DNA of 64,000 nucleotides from Podarcis pityusensis (Eukaryota). This document shows, in pieces, positions 36,017 through 49,501 of this stretch; position 1 is the stretch's first letter, and the number at the start of each line of letters is the position of its first letter. The stretch is from the NCBI GenBank assembly GCA_964106645.2, contig OZ067044.1; one strand, 5' to 3'. The notes beneath the pieces are model-generated. The model was given only the letters and a program-made list of their open reading frames with translations, was not told the origin of the DNA and ran no database searches. A program made the position numbers and the translations under genes.

Positions 36017-37464
36017 GTAAGGAAGGCACCCGCGCGGGGTTTCCCCACAGCCTAGAGGGCGGAGGGTGGAGGGCAGGAAGAAGGCGGGCTTGGGGTGAGA
36101 GGGTGGCTGCTTCATAGGAAGAAACTTTTCGACCAGGACGACCAAGTTTGCACAAAAGCTTTTTTTGCCGGGACGTCTCACTGCCCCAACGCGAGGCTCC
36201 TTGGATAGGAACGTTTCCTCAAATAAAAGTAAAGCGTGGCGTCAAATGAAAACGGCACTTTTCCCCACCCCATTAAATCTGCTCCCAGATTTAAGATCGT
36301 TAGGAAACTTTTGCCCCCGGGATTAAATAACAGGGGCAAAAAGAACCCTTCTAATACTTTGAATTCTGGGGTTTTGGTGCACACACAGAAAGAAAAGTGG
36401 CTGGAATTTGCGGGCTGATTTTATTGGGCAGATGGCAATATCGTAGAAGGAGTCTGGTGCAGCCGTGGTCAACTTCTGTCCAAATTTTGCAAAGAAAAGT
36501 ACACCCCCCCCTTTTATATAAAAACCCCCCAATGACTGGAATAGGATGGGGGTGGGAGGAGAGAGTGAAGTAGAAGTTCACCATTAATTGCAGGCAAAAT
36601 TAAACTGGGTTTTAAGAAATCGGAGCAGTTCTGTGGAAAAACTAGATAATGGCACAGCTGGAGTCAATTTCTCTATTTTATTTTAACCCAACAGTTTATT
36701 GCTTAAACTGATGAAAACTATTGTATCTATCAGTGATTTTTAAAAAGCATTGGGTGAGGAACTGGTGTAATTATTTTACTATCTTCCATGTATTGGTTAA
36801 ATACGTTTTCAAAGCAAAAATGTTTCTGTGGAAGGAGAAACTCTGAATGCTTCTGGAGAGTCTCTCTTGACTCCCCTTTTTGTTACCTTTAATCCACCCC
36901 CAAATAAGAGAATCTAAATTTTTCTCAGAAGGGCTCCTCTTGCGAAAGAAGACCCTGATCATGCTGATCATGCTCCAACGCCTTTGCCAGATAAGAGTCA
37001 GGAAATCCTGCACTTTAACAGCAGGGCTATGGAATAAATTACCCGCTCACTCCTACTGTAACCATCCATCCCATATGCTTCAGAGAAGTGGTTAAACTGG
37101 GGACAGATTGGGGACCTTTAGATGTGTCTGTGCCCACGCGCAGTACTTTCCTAACCTTATCTTGTTGGCACTGAAGGGTGGGGTAGTTTATTTCGGATGT
37201 ATTACTCCGGTGTAACAGGGTTTAAGTTTTGTAAAGGCACGAATCCTATGCATTTCTATTCAAATTCCAATGAGGCAAATATTGATTCCAGCCTGTTTTA
37301 TTGCAGGGTCCGTAGACCCGGTGTAACTGCAATCCTCGCTCTACTTTCATGGGAATCGCCTATTTAATTCGGTGGGATTTACTTCTGAGTAGGCATGGTT
37401 GGGATTGCGCTGTTACTCCCAATTGTCTGAGTGCAGTACTAGTTCTCCTTTGCTTTCCCGTTAG

Positions 37465-37521
37465 GCGCAGTTGATGGTCAGCCGCCGCTCCTAGACAGAT
37501 CTTCTCTGCAACTCCCGGAAG
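37465..37521 (+). CDS. PRDM14: PRDM14 small exon (GAVDGQPPLLDRSSLQLPE)
   Basis: cgttAG acceptor, G|gtagct donor, phase 1-1; matches recalled LDKDSLQLPEG. Confidence 0.88.
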
Positions 37522-37676
37522 GTAGCTGCGTTTGTTTGGTTTGGCTTTTGTCAAGGGGGTGGTTGGGGAAGAGGGATCAAGGCTGAACCTTTTGAGTTCT
37601 CGTTTTCTTCAACCCAAAGACTAATCCTTCTCCCTTCTTCCTCTCTCTCCCCCCCCCTCCCGTTTCCTCTCTGTAG

Positions 37677-37834
37677 GGCTGACGGTGTTGCAGACCGTCT
37701 ACGAGGACAGTCCGCAGCTGGGAGTCTTCTGCACCGAGACCATCCCCGTCGGCGTCCGCTTCGGCCCTTTCCAGGGCAAAGTTGTCAACATCAGCGAGAT
37801 CAAGACTTACGATGACAATTCCCTGATGTGGGAG
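37677..37834 (+). CDS. PRDM14: PRDM14 PR/SET domain exon (GLTVLQTV...GVRFGPFQGKVVN...MWE)
   Basis: Long pyrimidine tract plus tAG, GAG|gtacaa donor; PR-domain FGPF motif. Confidence 0.96.
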
Positions 37835-38052
37835 GTACAATTCGCTGATGTACTGTCGCTTTCTTTTCTCCGAGGGGAGGTGGGGGGGCTGGAGGCCTCA
37901 AGCCACGCCTCTGCATAACTGATCACCGCACTTACAGTACTTGGGAAACCAGTTTCTCTGGTTCCAAGGGGTCTTACTCCCAGTAAATGCGCACGCGCTT
38001 CCAGCTTTCTAAGGGAGATAGCGCATTTCGCTCCTCAGCTGGGTGTTTTAGG

Positions 38053-38256
38053 AAGAAAGCAGTGTGGAGTAATGGTAGAGTGTTGGACTAGGGTTCAAAT
38101 TTCCGCTGAGCCATGAAACCCGTAGGTCAATCAGTCTCTCAGCCTAACCTACCTCACAGGGTTGTTCTGAAGATAAAATGGGGAGGAAGAGGGCCGTGAA
38201 TGCCGCCTTGAGCTTCCTTGTAGGGAAGGTGGAATATAAATGCAAAAAAATAAACA
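38053..38256 (+). mobile_element. MIR-like CORE-SINE in a PRDM14 intron
   Basis: tRNA-like head (GTAATGGTAGAGTG..GGGTTCAAAT), CTCAGCCTAACCTACCTCACAGGGTTGTT..GATAAAATG core, A-rich tail. Confidence 0.8.
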
Positions 38257-38647
38257 AAGGGCATATGATGCTGGACTCGCATCAACCTCAGGCTGCACGG
38301 CCAGTGGTTATGTAAGATGAGTGTTTTAGTCCCATCTGGAAGTCCAGAAGTTCCTCCACCGCTGTCTAGAGGAATAGGTGGCTTGGCTATGAAAAGATCC
38401 TGCGCGGATTGATTTAGAAGCAATCCCCATTGCTAACTCCTAACTAAGCGTGTCCATGAGGATTGCAGTTTAGCTGAACGCCAAACCCCTTGCTTTCAAC
38501 GTGAGTGGGGCGAGGGAACAGGAAGGGGCGTTTAGATTCCCACCCACCCCTCTCCTTGCCAGAAGCGGCGTTGTCTTCCTGGGTTGCTGCTCTCGCTATA
38601 AGCGGGGTGAGCAACCGTGTGTAAAGTTTGTGTGTCCATCCCAACAG

Positions 38648-38918
38648 ATTTTCGAGAACGGCCGTTTGAGCCACTTCATCGACGGCAGGGGCTCCTCCGG
38701 CAACTGGATGTCCTTAGTGAACTGCGCCCGCTTCCCCGAGGAGCAGAACTTGACGGCCCTGCAGTGCCAGGGGCAGATATTCTACGAGAGCTGCAAAGAG
38801 GTCACGCCCGGCCAGGAACTGTTGGTCTGGTACGGGGATTGCTACTTGCAGTTCTTGGGCATCCCTATCAGCCTGAAGGGAACGGCGGAAGGGAAGCCTG
38901 TCCAGGCGCACAGTGAAG
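38648..38918 (+). CDS. PRDM14: PRDM14 PR/SET domain exon ([13 protein letters not shown]...[10 protein letters not shown]...ELLVWYG)
   Basis: PR-domain motifs NWMxxVNCAR, EQNL, ELLVWYG; canonical splice sites. Confidence 0.97.
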
Positions 38919-39234
38919 GTCAGTTGGCAACCTTCCAAGGCTCCGTAAGAGTCGCGCTCAGAGCTGTTGCAGCCGGGAATCTGAATTGTCTGCTCTGTTT
39001 GCACAATGGCTCTCTCCCCCCAACCCCCAAATACCGCTTGTAAGTTCAAAATAAGTTAAATGCTTCACTTTGTAAGTCTGTTTGTCCACTTATAAAACTC
39101 CCTGTTCATTGCATTTATTCCTCGTCCCTCTTTCACTTTTTGTGCGCGCGCCTTTTAAACTTCTGAAACTAGGTGGCTGTAAAACAACCAACCACCCCTG
39201 ACGGTGGCTTTTTCCTTCCCTTTCTCACCCTCAG

Positions 39235-39437
39235 AGTCTCTGGAGGGCTATAAGTGCGAACGCTGCGGCAAGGTGTTCGCCTACAAATACTACCGCGACA
39301 AGCACCTGAAGTACACCCGGTGCGTGGACCAAGGGGACAGGAAATTCCCGTGCCAGCTTTGCAAGCGATCTTTTGAGAAAAGGGATCGGCTGAGGATCCA
39401 CGTCCTGCACGTGCACGAGAAGCACAGGCCTCACAAA
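39235..39437 (+). CDS. PRDM14: PRDM14 zinc-finger exon (ZF1-2)
   Basis: YKCERCGKVFAYKYYRDKHLKYT..C and FPCQLCKRSFEKRDRLRIHVLHVH are diagnostic of PRDM14; AAA|gtaagg donor. Confidence 0.97.
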
Positions 39438-40122
39438 GTAAGGGATCGCCAACTGGCGCCGCAGCTGGAGCAGCAGGAAATAAGTGTTTCAAAGAGTACA
39501 GAGTGCCACCCGCCCCCAACACGCTTCTCAGGAATGGAAGCAAGCCTCGGGGAATGTGGGGGAATGTGTGCGGAGGGGGGGGGGGCATTGTTGGGCAGGG
39601 ACATCTCAGGCGGTAGATTCAGGATTGCCAAAGGGAATCGTCCTCAATAGGACGATTCAATTAGCCTTGAATCGTGGGCAAGTTGAACGGTCTGTGTATC
39701 TCTCTCTGTGTGTTCTGTGACTTGCTTTTGCGTGATTGTGGTTTCATCCAACGGGCACTTTACTATCCTGTTTTTAATTTTAAAAAGGTCTTTTGGTCGT
39801 TTTCATAAAGGGCTCCGTGCGTGTAGCCTTACTTGGGAGTAAGTCCCATGGAAAGCAATGGAATTTGACTTCCGAGTAAGCATTGCTTTGTATGGCATCG
39901 GGCTTAAATACGGTGTGTCACAAAGGATGCCCTTGAAAGTCTCTGCAGCTGTTACGTGTTGCATTTCTGTGTGTGAATGCGGAGGAGTCTAATGGACTGT
40001 GATAGGTTGTTCTCCGTTGGCACTTGCCGATTTCGTTTAAGCTCCGCATAAGTAGGCTGAGGCAGAGACTCAATGCAGTAGTTATCTATTAAGAGTACGT
40101 TTTCTTTGCGGTCTAGTTAAAA

Positions 40123-40398
40123 CAGTGGTTCTCAAAGGGTGTGGCAGGAGACGGTGGCGGGAGGATTCAAATACAATCAATATTATGTGTTATTATGTGG
40201 CTGCATTTTTTCCCCTGGGTGTCCCATGATCATATTATAAAGCAGCTGTGTTCTGAGTTACAAGTCACGCACTGCTAGGAGTTGCTTCTTTTTCTTTTCC
40301 AATGTATTTCTTACCGATTAAAAAAAAAAAATCGGTGTGGCGCCTGCAAATTTTACTTCTGAAAGCGTGGCCCAAATAAAACAGTCTGAGAACCACTG
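40123..40398. mobile_element. hAT-Charlie-type MITE
   Basis: Perfect 12-bp TIRs CAGTGGTTCTCA/TGAGAACCACTG; partial TSD AGTTAAAA/AGTTAGGG. Confidence 0.8.
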
Positions 40399-41412
40399 AG
40401 TTAGGGGGTGAAGGAAAACCATGGTGACACTTCCGGGAAGGGGTCCTGATTGTGCCCCCTCCCCCCTCTCGGGAAAAAACAACGCAGAGAGTTCAAGTTA
40501 CTCTCCTGCTTCACTGCAGGGAGTGATTGCAGCTCCAGGAAACCACCATTGCAAAACGCACCGCCTCTGCTGATTCTCTGCCCTGAAATCTTTTTTTCCT
40601 CTTGTTTTGTTGCTGCCCCCCCCCCTTTTCTTCCTTTTTTAAAACTATGATTACTTGCGGTTTATTGGAGCAAATGTTCGGCCTCAACCCTGGAGCGCAC
40701 TTGTCTGAAAGCAGACCCAGTTCATTCAAAGCCAATGAGGTTTGCTTGTGACGGTAGTGATCTTCACACAAAACCCCTAGCAATGAAATCGGGTGGAGCG
40801 AATTCCTGAGTTCCTCAAGGTAATGGTTCTGGATAGTTCATCTGTTGTGAAATTTAGAAGCGTGGTGTTGCATTTAGTTGCAATTGCACTACACTTTTGG
40901 AAACAGAATTACAAAATGGAAAGGTTATGGAACTTTTAAATATAGATAAGTGTGCTTTCTGTCTCTCCTCTCCCCTCCTATACCCAAGGATTCCACGGCA
41001 CTGAAATGTCTTTTAGCCTCTCCAGTATCTTCGGTTGGCTGGAATAATTAAAGATGAACTAGGCAAAGGGGAATTCCCATAAGTGCCATATTTTAAAGAG
41101 CAGCTCCTTATTTGAATTGTGTTAGAGCTCCTGGCAGGGAGAGGGGAAAGAACTCTCATTTCATAGTGAGAAACTGATCTCACCCACTTTTACTTAGAAG
41201 TAACTGACAGCCCAGCCTTTATGTATCTATAGAACTACAGCCTGAGGCTGCAATCCTATACTTACCTAGGCGTATGTCTGATTAAATTAACTGGGGCTTA
41301 CTTCTAAGTAGATAGTCTTGGGAATGTGCTCTGAAAAGGTGTCACTTGACTTGATTGCTATTCCAGACAATAGCTGAGTACTATCTTCCATTTAATAATA
41401 TACATTCACATC

Positions 41413-41851
41413 TTTTTTTTTTTTTTTAAAGCAATTTATTAGGTTTTACAATAAAAATAAACATAATAAGCAATATAACATTGATCTTAACATATTTTCA
41501 CATTTTCTTTGGACTTCCTCACATCTCCCGCTCCCACTTTCATCGTTGTAACGTTTTGTCAGCAATTTATCATCTTATTTAGATTCTTATATCCCTTCTA
41601 TATTTCATAATCTTATAATTCTCAGAAAGGAGCTAAATTTCACAATCTTACTTATTTTCTTAAAAATTTCTAAATTTAGTGGTGCTCAGTTATTTTGATC
41701 TAGCATCTTATTTAGCATTCACTCAAATTACAATACTTTTGTAAATAATTCTTAAATTTCTTCCAGTCCTCCTCAATCCTCTCTTCTCCCAGGTCACGGA
41801 TTCTGCCGGTCATTTCAGCCAGTTCCATGTAGTCTATCAGTTGTATCTGCC
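41413..41851 (-). mobile_element. Young 5'-truncated L1-clade LINE with poly(A) tail and 13-bp TSD
   Basis: Poly-T from 41413; TSD ATACATTCACATC at 41400-41412 and 41852-41864; minus-strand peptide WQIQLIDYMELAEMTGRIRDLGEERIEEDWKKFK. Confidence 0.88.
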
Positions 41852-41864
41852 ATACATTCACATC

Positions 41865-42372
41865 ATTATTATCCACTTTACCACCCTGGCTCTTTAGAGG
41901 CTATCAACTTCCTTACCTCCCACCTCATGGCTTTCAAAATTAACCTTTATATCATTACATTTCGTATGTTTCCCACTTCTAATCACACTCATTACAAAAT
42001 AGCTCAAAATGTAAATAAATAAACTTCTCATTACAAGTCTTCAGATAACCCTGCTAGTGATGTTAATTGCCTACAATAATCTTTCAGATATTGAATAAAT
42101 TCACTCCAGTCCTTTTGGAATACTTGATGGTGCTTGTTTCGGATTTTTCCTGTCAGCTTCACCAATTCTGCAAAGTCCATCATCTTCATCTGCCACTCTT
42201 CTTTCATTGGTACTTCTTGTTGTTTCCATTTTTGAGCTAAAAGAATTTTTGCCACAGTTGTTGCATACATACAGTTTTTTTATCTTCCCTTCGTATCTCT
42301 TCACCCACTATATCCAATAAAAAAGCTTCTGGTTTTTTAAACAAAAGTATTTTTAAATACTTTCTTTAACTT
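41865..42372 (-). mobile_element. Older L1-clade LINE 3' fragment, host of the 41413 insertion
   Basis: ORF 42031-42270(-): YATTVAKILLAQKWK..EEWQMKMMDFAELVKLTGKIR..DWSEFIQYL, homologous to the nested copy. Confidence 0.82.
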
Positions 42373-42883
42373 CAGTCCAACAGACTTAGGACAGCTTTAC
42401 AACATTTTAGTTTTTTTCTTGATTTGTGCCACTCTGCCGTAAAACCTGCAGAGAACACCCCAGATGTAGAACCTCTCTCGGGTGCTTTGTTCTCCACACA
42501 GGGTGACAGGAATGGGGAGGAGGGAGGAGCTAGCACATTAACTTAGCATCCAACCATGACTTCTGAACTGAGGGCTGTTCACTAACAACCTCTCACGAAC
42601 TAGCATTACACTTTCTTCAAGCCCAGCTGGCCATATAAACACAACTTCAACTCAGTTGTCTCATTCCCTATCCTTGAAATCTGATTAAGCGGGAGGAAAA
42701 AGTGAGACATCTTCCTTCATTTTCATCCCTTGTTACAGGGACAGAAAGAGCCTCAGCTTGGTAGCAATTAAGTAGAAGCAATTAAGAAGTCTCAGGCAAT
42801 AAACAATGTTAAAATAGTTTTGTAAAATAGTTACAAACTACAAGTGCACCTCCCCTTACATGCATCCCACTCGGAGACCTCAT

Positions 42884-42931
<48 letters not shown>
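42884..42931. repeat. (GATA)12 microsatellite
   Basis: Direct reading. Confidence 0.97.
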
Positions 42932-43707
42932 TCTTCTCCTTGTTTGGGGCTGCTGCCCAGAAGTTGCTGCCTCAGGGAGGGAAGGTGGCCTTTGATTGAC
43001 TAGCGGCTTCTCCTCACCTCCATTGCATGTCCATGAACCCATCCTGGTACCAGTTACGTTGGGCGCCCTTCTCTGCCCCTGCCCTCTGTGGCCAGCCAGC
43101 CACTGCTGCTGCACCCACTGGCCCCCCTCAGGTAGGCAGGCTCAGTTCAGGCTAGGCAGCTGCCCCAGATAATGAGTCTCTCCCTCCCTCCCCTCCCTCC
43201 CTGCATGCCCTCCTTATTAAAGTTAGCTGCTTTCCACTTTACACAATTTCACTTATGCCCTCGAGGGCCCAGAACACCTGTATATATGTGTGTGTGTGTA
43301 ATCAGCCTCTGTTTTAACATATCAATGCTTGGAAAATGCGCGAAGCTATATAGTAGACACTGATACTCCAGTACTGGACAAGACTACAGGCTTATGCCAG
43401 AGTGTTTTGTGGGGGACAGGGGGAATCAGACTCTCAGGCCTTGTTATCACTGTGCACCCAAGTGCCCACAAATCGATCAGAGCATCTTTACAGGGCAATC
43501 TGCAAATCAGTGTGTAGGCTTCAAGCCTACACAGCGAAGGCACGTAGTACAGGCAGGGGCTGTGGCTAAAATAATCTTCTTGGCATGATTCATACATATA
43601 GGTTGAAACCTTGTATATTTCTACATTCTACATACATTATTTTTTATATAAAAAAGCACATTATCAGTTATGTTTGCCTTGTCTGTCTTGTCTGTATTCC
43701 TATCTAA

Positions 43708-43959
<252 letters not shown>

Positions 43960-44829
43960 TAGTTGCTTGTAGGACTTTATGTTCTCTGGCATGCTCAGTT
44001 TAATCTGTTTTAATTCTGAATTTAACGCTGAGCCCCAACTATGTTAGATGTAATGCAGAAGACACACGGCAGGTCTCCCAACATATGCATTTGTTATTAC
44101 TGCATCTGGGAAGGCATGGAAATACAATGTTTTCTATTTGCAATGAACTGGAGTCTCAGCCTCCTTAGGTGAATGTAAGGCTATCTGAGCCAAGCTTTTA
44201 TTCCTGGGTCCCACACCTGAACAGACTGTTATAAAACAGTGGTGTAGTTGATGGAATTTTAGGCTCTGGATTTAACCTTCTTGCAACCCTCTTCCACTTA
44301 GATGATAAATAAAGTGGCAAGGCAGCCCTGCTAGGTTCCTCCCCACTGGCAGCGGGGGGTGGGGTGGGTGTTTGCTGAGTGGGACCTTGGATTTCTTCCT
44401 CAAAGTCCTCCCTTAACAGCATCACAGACTGCAAAACAAAATATCACCTTTTGATAGTTGCCGTGACTGACTTGTAAGTTGATTTGTCACATGTGTTGCC
44501 TGCCGGCCCTTTAGGGGAGCTTGTGGAAATGTATATGGAGCGAGTCCCCTTTTTATTTCCACTACAATCTTGTGAACTAGGCTTGTCTGAGAGATAATGA
44601 TGACTTGCTCAAGGCTATTTACAGAATGCCATAGCTTGGCTGTGATTTGCACATAGTTTCCCACATCCCTCCTTCACTGGCTGTGAACATGTGAGGCTGG
44701 GATTTATAAGACCCAGCAAAAGCCCAATTGGTTCTCCTGCTGTAGAAACAAGCATTGTAACTTAATTACAATTTTGTGAGCATGTAATTCCTTTCATCTT
44801 GTTTGTCACTTGTAGCTTTGTGTCTGAAT

Positions 44830-44830
<1 letters not shown>

Positions 44831-44879
<49 letters not shown>

Positions 44880-44894
44880 TGTGTGTTTGTGTGT
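44831..44894. repeat. Compound (CT)16(GT)n microsatellite
   Basis: Direct reading. Confidence 0.97.
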
Positions 44895-44942
44895 AAAAGC
44901 TTTTTATGCCACCTGAAATCATTTTGTTCACCATCTCCATAG

Positions 44943-45173
44943 GCATTCACCGCCTCCAGCATCCTGCGCACCCACATCCGCCAGCATTCAGGAGAGAAGC
45001 CTTTTAAATGCAGACATTGTGGCAGAGCATTTGCTTCCCATGCTGCCCATGACAGCCATGTGCGGCGCACACACGGTGCTAAAGACAACTGCCGCACCTG
45101 TACTTTGTGTGGCAAGACCTTTTCAGAGGTAGAAGAATTCCGCTTCCATATGAAGTTTCACACAGGCCATTAG
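44943..45173 (+). CDS. PRDM14: PRDM14 last coding exon (ZF4-6, ends ...HMKFHTGH-stop)
   Basis: catAG|GCA TTC ACC; AFTASSILRTHIRQH...ASHAAHDSHVRRTH...CTLCGKTF...HMKFH; TAG at 45171-45173. Confidence 0.96.
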   Translation, partial: AFTASSILRTHIRQHSGEKPFKCRHCGRAFASHAAHDSHVRRTHGAKDNCRTCTLCGKTFSEVEEFRFHMKFHTGH

Positions 45174-48100
45174 CCAGAAAGCTAACGAATAGGATGCAAA
45201 CCATTTGGACATCTGTGTGGCATTTTCTGTAATGTGTTGGTTTTAATGTAGCACTACCCACCCAATAGAGATAATGAGAGATACAACTACATACAACTGC
45301 TCAGGATGTGATCTTCACCCATTAGTACAGGCGTGAGGAACCTATCCCCATGCTCTGAGGGCCAAAGTGGTGCCACACTATTTTCTGCCCTGCTCAAAAC
45401 ACACACACCAATCACTCCCCCATTCTCAGCCCCCACCCTTTCAGCTGATTTGTGAAAAACAGCTGAACAGTGCTAAGTCATTCATTCCCCTAGTGCAAAA
45501 TTTCTGCTTGTGCAACAGAATTCTCGCCTCTTCCCTACGCATGCCCCCCAATCTTTTATGGGGGTTCTCCTAATTCTTGAACAAATTGTGGAGGAGGAGA
45601 AGGGGAAAGTTCCATTGTGCAAGCATAAATCATTGAGTAAATGGAATGAGGGCTTTAGACAACACTCTTAACATTGCAGTGGGGATGAAAACCAGCCATT
45701 CCTTGACTGATCCCACTGTAATCAGCTCAGGAAGCAGCAGTTTTCAACCCCATCACAGTGTGTTAGGAAGGGAGGTTTATCAACACACTTGCACACCCTT
45801 CCCAACACATTGCAATGGGAGATGGCTCATCAGTTGATTGGATCCTATAAGATGTGGTGGTGTGAAAATGACCTTCCACTCCCTTTGGCTAAGGGGTGGG
45901 GAGAACTTTGTTTTTACCTGCATTGTGAAAGGTGGAAATGAAAACCATGTTCTCCTGATCACCTGAGGAGAGGGCCTTGTTTCGGGGAGTGCCAGGGCAA
46001 ACAACTACTGAGATGGAGATTACCCAGAAGAATCCAGAAAATTTGATCCTGAGATGCCAAAGACATTTTAATAACCACCTATGCCAAATTAAAACACAAT
46101 GTTTAATTATGGCAAATATTTCTGCACTTCCAATACATTGTATTTGTTGTCAATTTTAAAAAAGAGAGAATGTATGTAATTTTTGCTGGCTCATTTCTGT
46201 TTTTGTGTGGCTAGAATTTGTTGAAAGATTTATCAATGTGAATGTGTTTCTAGGGGTATTGGGTTGTATTCAGTGGTGTTGCTCAGTGGATGTTAAGCCT
46301 TCTGTCAGCGGAACAGGGAAGGAAGCAGTTTTCAGCAATTTCTCCTGCTCTCTGCACCCCCCCCCCCAAATCTTCACTGGAGCAAATGGGGTGGTGGCAA
46401 GGGGAGGGAGAATTGCTAAAATTACTTACAACCCTGTTCTATTCTTATTACAGTTACCCACAAAAAGGCTAGTTGTGGTGTTACTAGCTGCCAGCCATTC
46501 ACTCATCTGTTAACTTGCTGCCCCTTACCTGTCTGCTTGGACACTTGTTGGCTCTATGTCAAGGACGCTCTCCTTTGGGCTCTAAGCTATTGCCCACCTC
46601 CCTTCCTGTCCAGTGTGCCAGCCCATTTGTCACCTAGGGCATTCACCAGCTCATTGCTGGAGAACAGAGTGGAAACACATCAGCAGGTATATTTCTTTTT
46701 AAAATTACACTATTTAATTTTTGAAAATGTGCGCAATTTTCTTTAACAAAACTCAAAATTCATCCCGTGCTTAATACTGAGGCAACACTTTTAAAGAATA
46801 GCTTATTGGCACGCTTGAAGTGGGGAAGGAAATACAAAGTTTATGAAGTATTGTTCAAACATAATCTACAGCAAATTGTACTTTATATAGGCTTTGCGCA
46901 TAAGTATAAGAAATATGGGCTGGAATGTTTGTGATTATGGTTTGAGAGTTGCCTTACTCTTTAAATATGGTGTGACTGTGTTGCTGTTGGAAGTTAAATG
47001 TAATTTTACATTTGGGTATACAAATGTTAGTGACTTGCACTGATCTATTTATTATTGCTGCTCAAAATTATGTCTGTCTCGTTTTGGTGGGTAAAATGAA
47101 ATCCTGTAAGCTTAAAATATACATAAAAATTCTTTACATGAATGTTAAGATTTGTAGAGTATGTGGAAGACTGAATGGCTAGAGTTGTGTTTTAGCTTTG
47201 TTTCTTTCCTTTTGCATGTTTGTCTATGTTTTGTAATATTTGAACAGATGTGATGTAAGCTGTGGCATTAAGATCCTTGGGGACCTCAGATGTAATGAAC
47301 TGCTGTATGTGGTGCAGCCCTTGGAAAAGGTTTTGAATTTTGATACTGTAGTTAGTTCAGAGCACAGTTGCTGGGCTGCTGATTGGGACCTGGCATTGGG
47401 GGTCATAGCTTGCTAGTGCTCAAATGTTTCCAACTGAGCTCAATTTGTACTTTCCTTTCAACTTCCCCTACATGGTTTGGTGTAAGCTGAAGATAGTTCT
47501 GGATCATCTGATAGATGCTTTTCAGTAGATCTGCAAGGATTTCTGACTCCCAATTTGTTTGAACATTGGCACCACTAACAAAATGACTTTCCCCACCTGA
47601 ATTAGGCTGCCAAATAAAGAGAGCTACACAGAAATAATGTGAAGACGATGAATAAAGTTAAGTTCTGGTACTGAAAAAAATTCCTAGGCTCAGAAGTACT
47701 CATAGGCACCCTCCCTAAGGTTTAGTCTGACTCTTGCTAGTAAATTTTGGGGTTCTACTAAAAAACAAAGTAGTTCCAACAAACCTGAAGTCAGCCCAAT
47801 CCTAGATTGTGACCTATGTACTACTTGTTCTGTCTCCTTTCCAACCAGTCTGCATGATCACTGAATCTGTCTTGGGCGTCTCCACATTCTGGCATATAGC
47901 CCATCTGTTCAATGTTTTGTTCTGACACTATTCTGTTCTAGTTTTTGTGTGTTGCTTCTGTTCTAATTTTTATGTTTGATTTCTGTTTTTTACTTGTGAA
48001 ATGTCCTGAATGCTTGATGTAGAAGAGTGGGATAAAAATAAATTTTATTTAAAAACTAATTAGCTACCTAGTCTTTTATTTGCTATCAATAGGCCCAGAG

Positions 48101-49396
48101 TCATGACATACATTTTCCCTAGAACCAGACTGCAGAAATAACTTGAAAACCCTAAAACACATTGACCAGTTATGCATCATGAACAATTATGACATTAGTT
48201 CAGGACTGAAACAAGTACCCTGGACAGCTCCATGGACCGATCAGGCAGAAACTTTGTAGAAGCAAGTTTTAATTGCTCCTGGGAAGAAGCAACAGCTCTC
48301 TCAGTATTCTTCAGTGTGAGAAGTCTCTTCAGTTAAAGAGGCCTCTTCCAACAATGTTTTTGATTTAAGCAGAATTTAAAATAGAAGAATGTGTGTACTC
48401 TATTGAAATGAGGAGACTGGGAAGGAAAAAATGACAATCGTAGTCAACTCCCCATGTATAAACTTTAATTACTGTTTGTACAAGATAGATGTGTGTTGCA
48501 TGCATTCTTACTGTTTTTGCTTTAAACTGGCTTGATCTCTAAGGGTCACTGTAAATTACCATTTTAAGGCTTTACTATTAGGAAATGCTGCTTGTTCTAT
48601 TGGAGACAGAATATTCATAACAGGAAAAAGAGTAACTTATGGTAAGCCCATTCCTCTTGTATTTTCCTCAAAGGATTGGGATTCTACTTTGAATTTAACA
48701 GCTTATAGTTAAATTTATCACTAGCTAATTCAGAAGCACCTGAAGTATTCTGTCTGTCCTTTCACAGCCCAGGGGACTTGCTCCAAGTGTGTGTTTTAGA
48801 TGTTCCTCCTTAAATAAATTTTCTTACCGTACTTTTTGACAGAAACACATTAACCTTTTAAAAAGGTAGCTTTTGATTCATGCCCATTCAGTACCCATCT
48901 TGTACAGTATACTGAAACTAAGGTGCGTATGTATAAACTCTTGTAAAGTGTGTATATGTGAGCTATATCTAGCTGTATTAGACAAGATGGGTTTCAATTT
49001 TTCTTTTGTTCAAGCAGTATCCAAACAACCCTAAAACAGAGCAGGGAATTGCGTTGGGTCAAATGGAAAGAAGCAGCTGCAGAAATGGACACTATATAAG
49101 GAAGCAGGAGGGGACCCTGTCTATTTTATTTATTTCATAGAATTTATACTGTTCGATTGTTAAAAAACAACAGCCTCAGAGTGGTGATGGCCTCTTTAGC
49201 TACATCTTTAAAGGAGGAGTGTTTGTGTGTGCAATTAGTTGAATTAAATTGGGACATATCAGAGTTACACTTAATTAATTTTTAAATTTAATAGATTTAT
49301 ATCCCTCCTTTTTCCCAAACTGGGATTCAGTGTGGCTTATAATATTTAAAAACAGCACAATAAAGTAATAAAACAAACTACTTGCAAACAATAATT

Positions 49397-49501
49397 TGTT
49401 GTTGTTTAGTCGTTTAGTCGTGTCCGACTCTTCGTGACCCCATGGACCAGAGCACGCCAGGCACTCCTGTCTTCCACTGCCTCCCGCAGTTTGGTCAGAC
49501 T
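49397..49501 (-). mobile_element. RTE/BovB LINE 3' end, 105 bp, with TSD
   Basis: (TTG)n-TTTAGTCGTTTAGTCGTGTCCGACTCTTCGTGACCCCATGGAC; CpGs intact; TSD CAATAATT at 49389-49396 and 49502-49509. Confidence 0.85.

Larger units (their letters stand above)
32600..36250. promoter_or_regulatory. CpG island over the PRDM14 upstream region and first exons
   Basis: Visibly high GC content and undepleted CpG compared with the CpG-poor flanks; boundaries approximate. Confidence 0.8.

Noticed and set aside
35461-36048. 195-aa antisense ORF, and the 215-aa ORF at 34761-35408
   Set aside because: Low-complexity G/R/A-rich shadows of GC-rich PRDM14 exon and promoter; stop codons are scarce by composition
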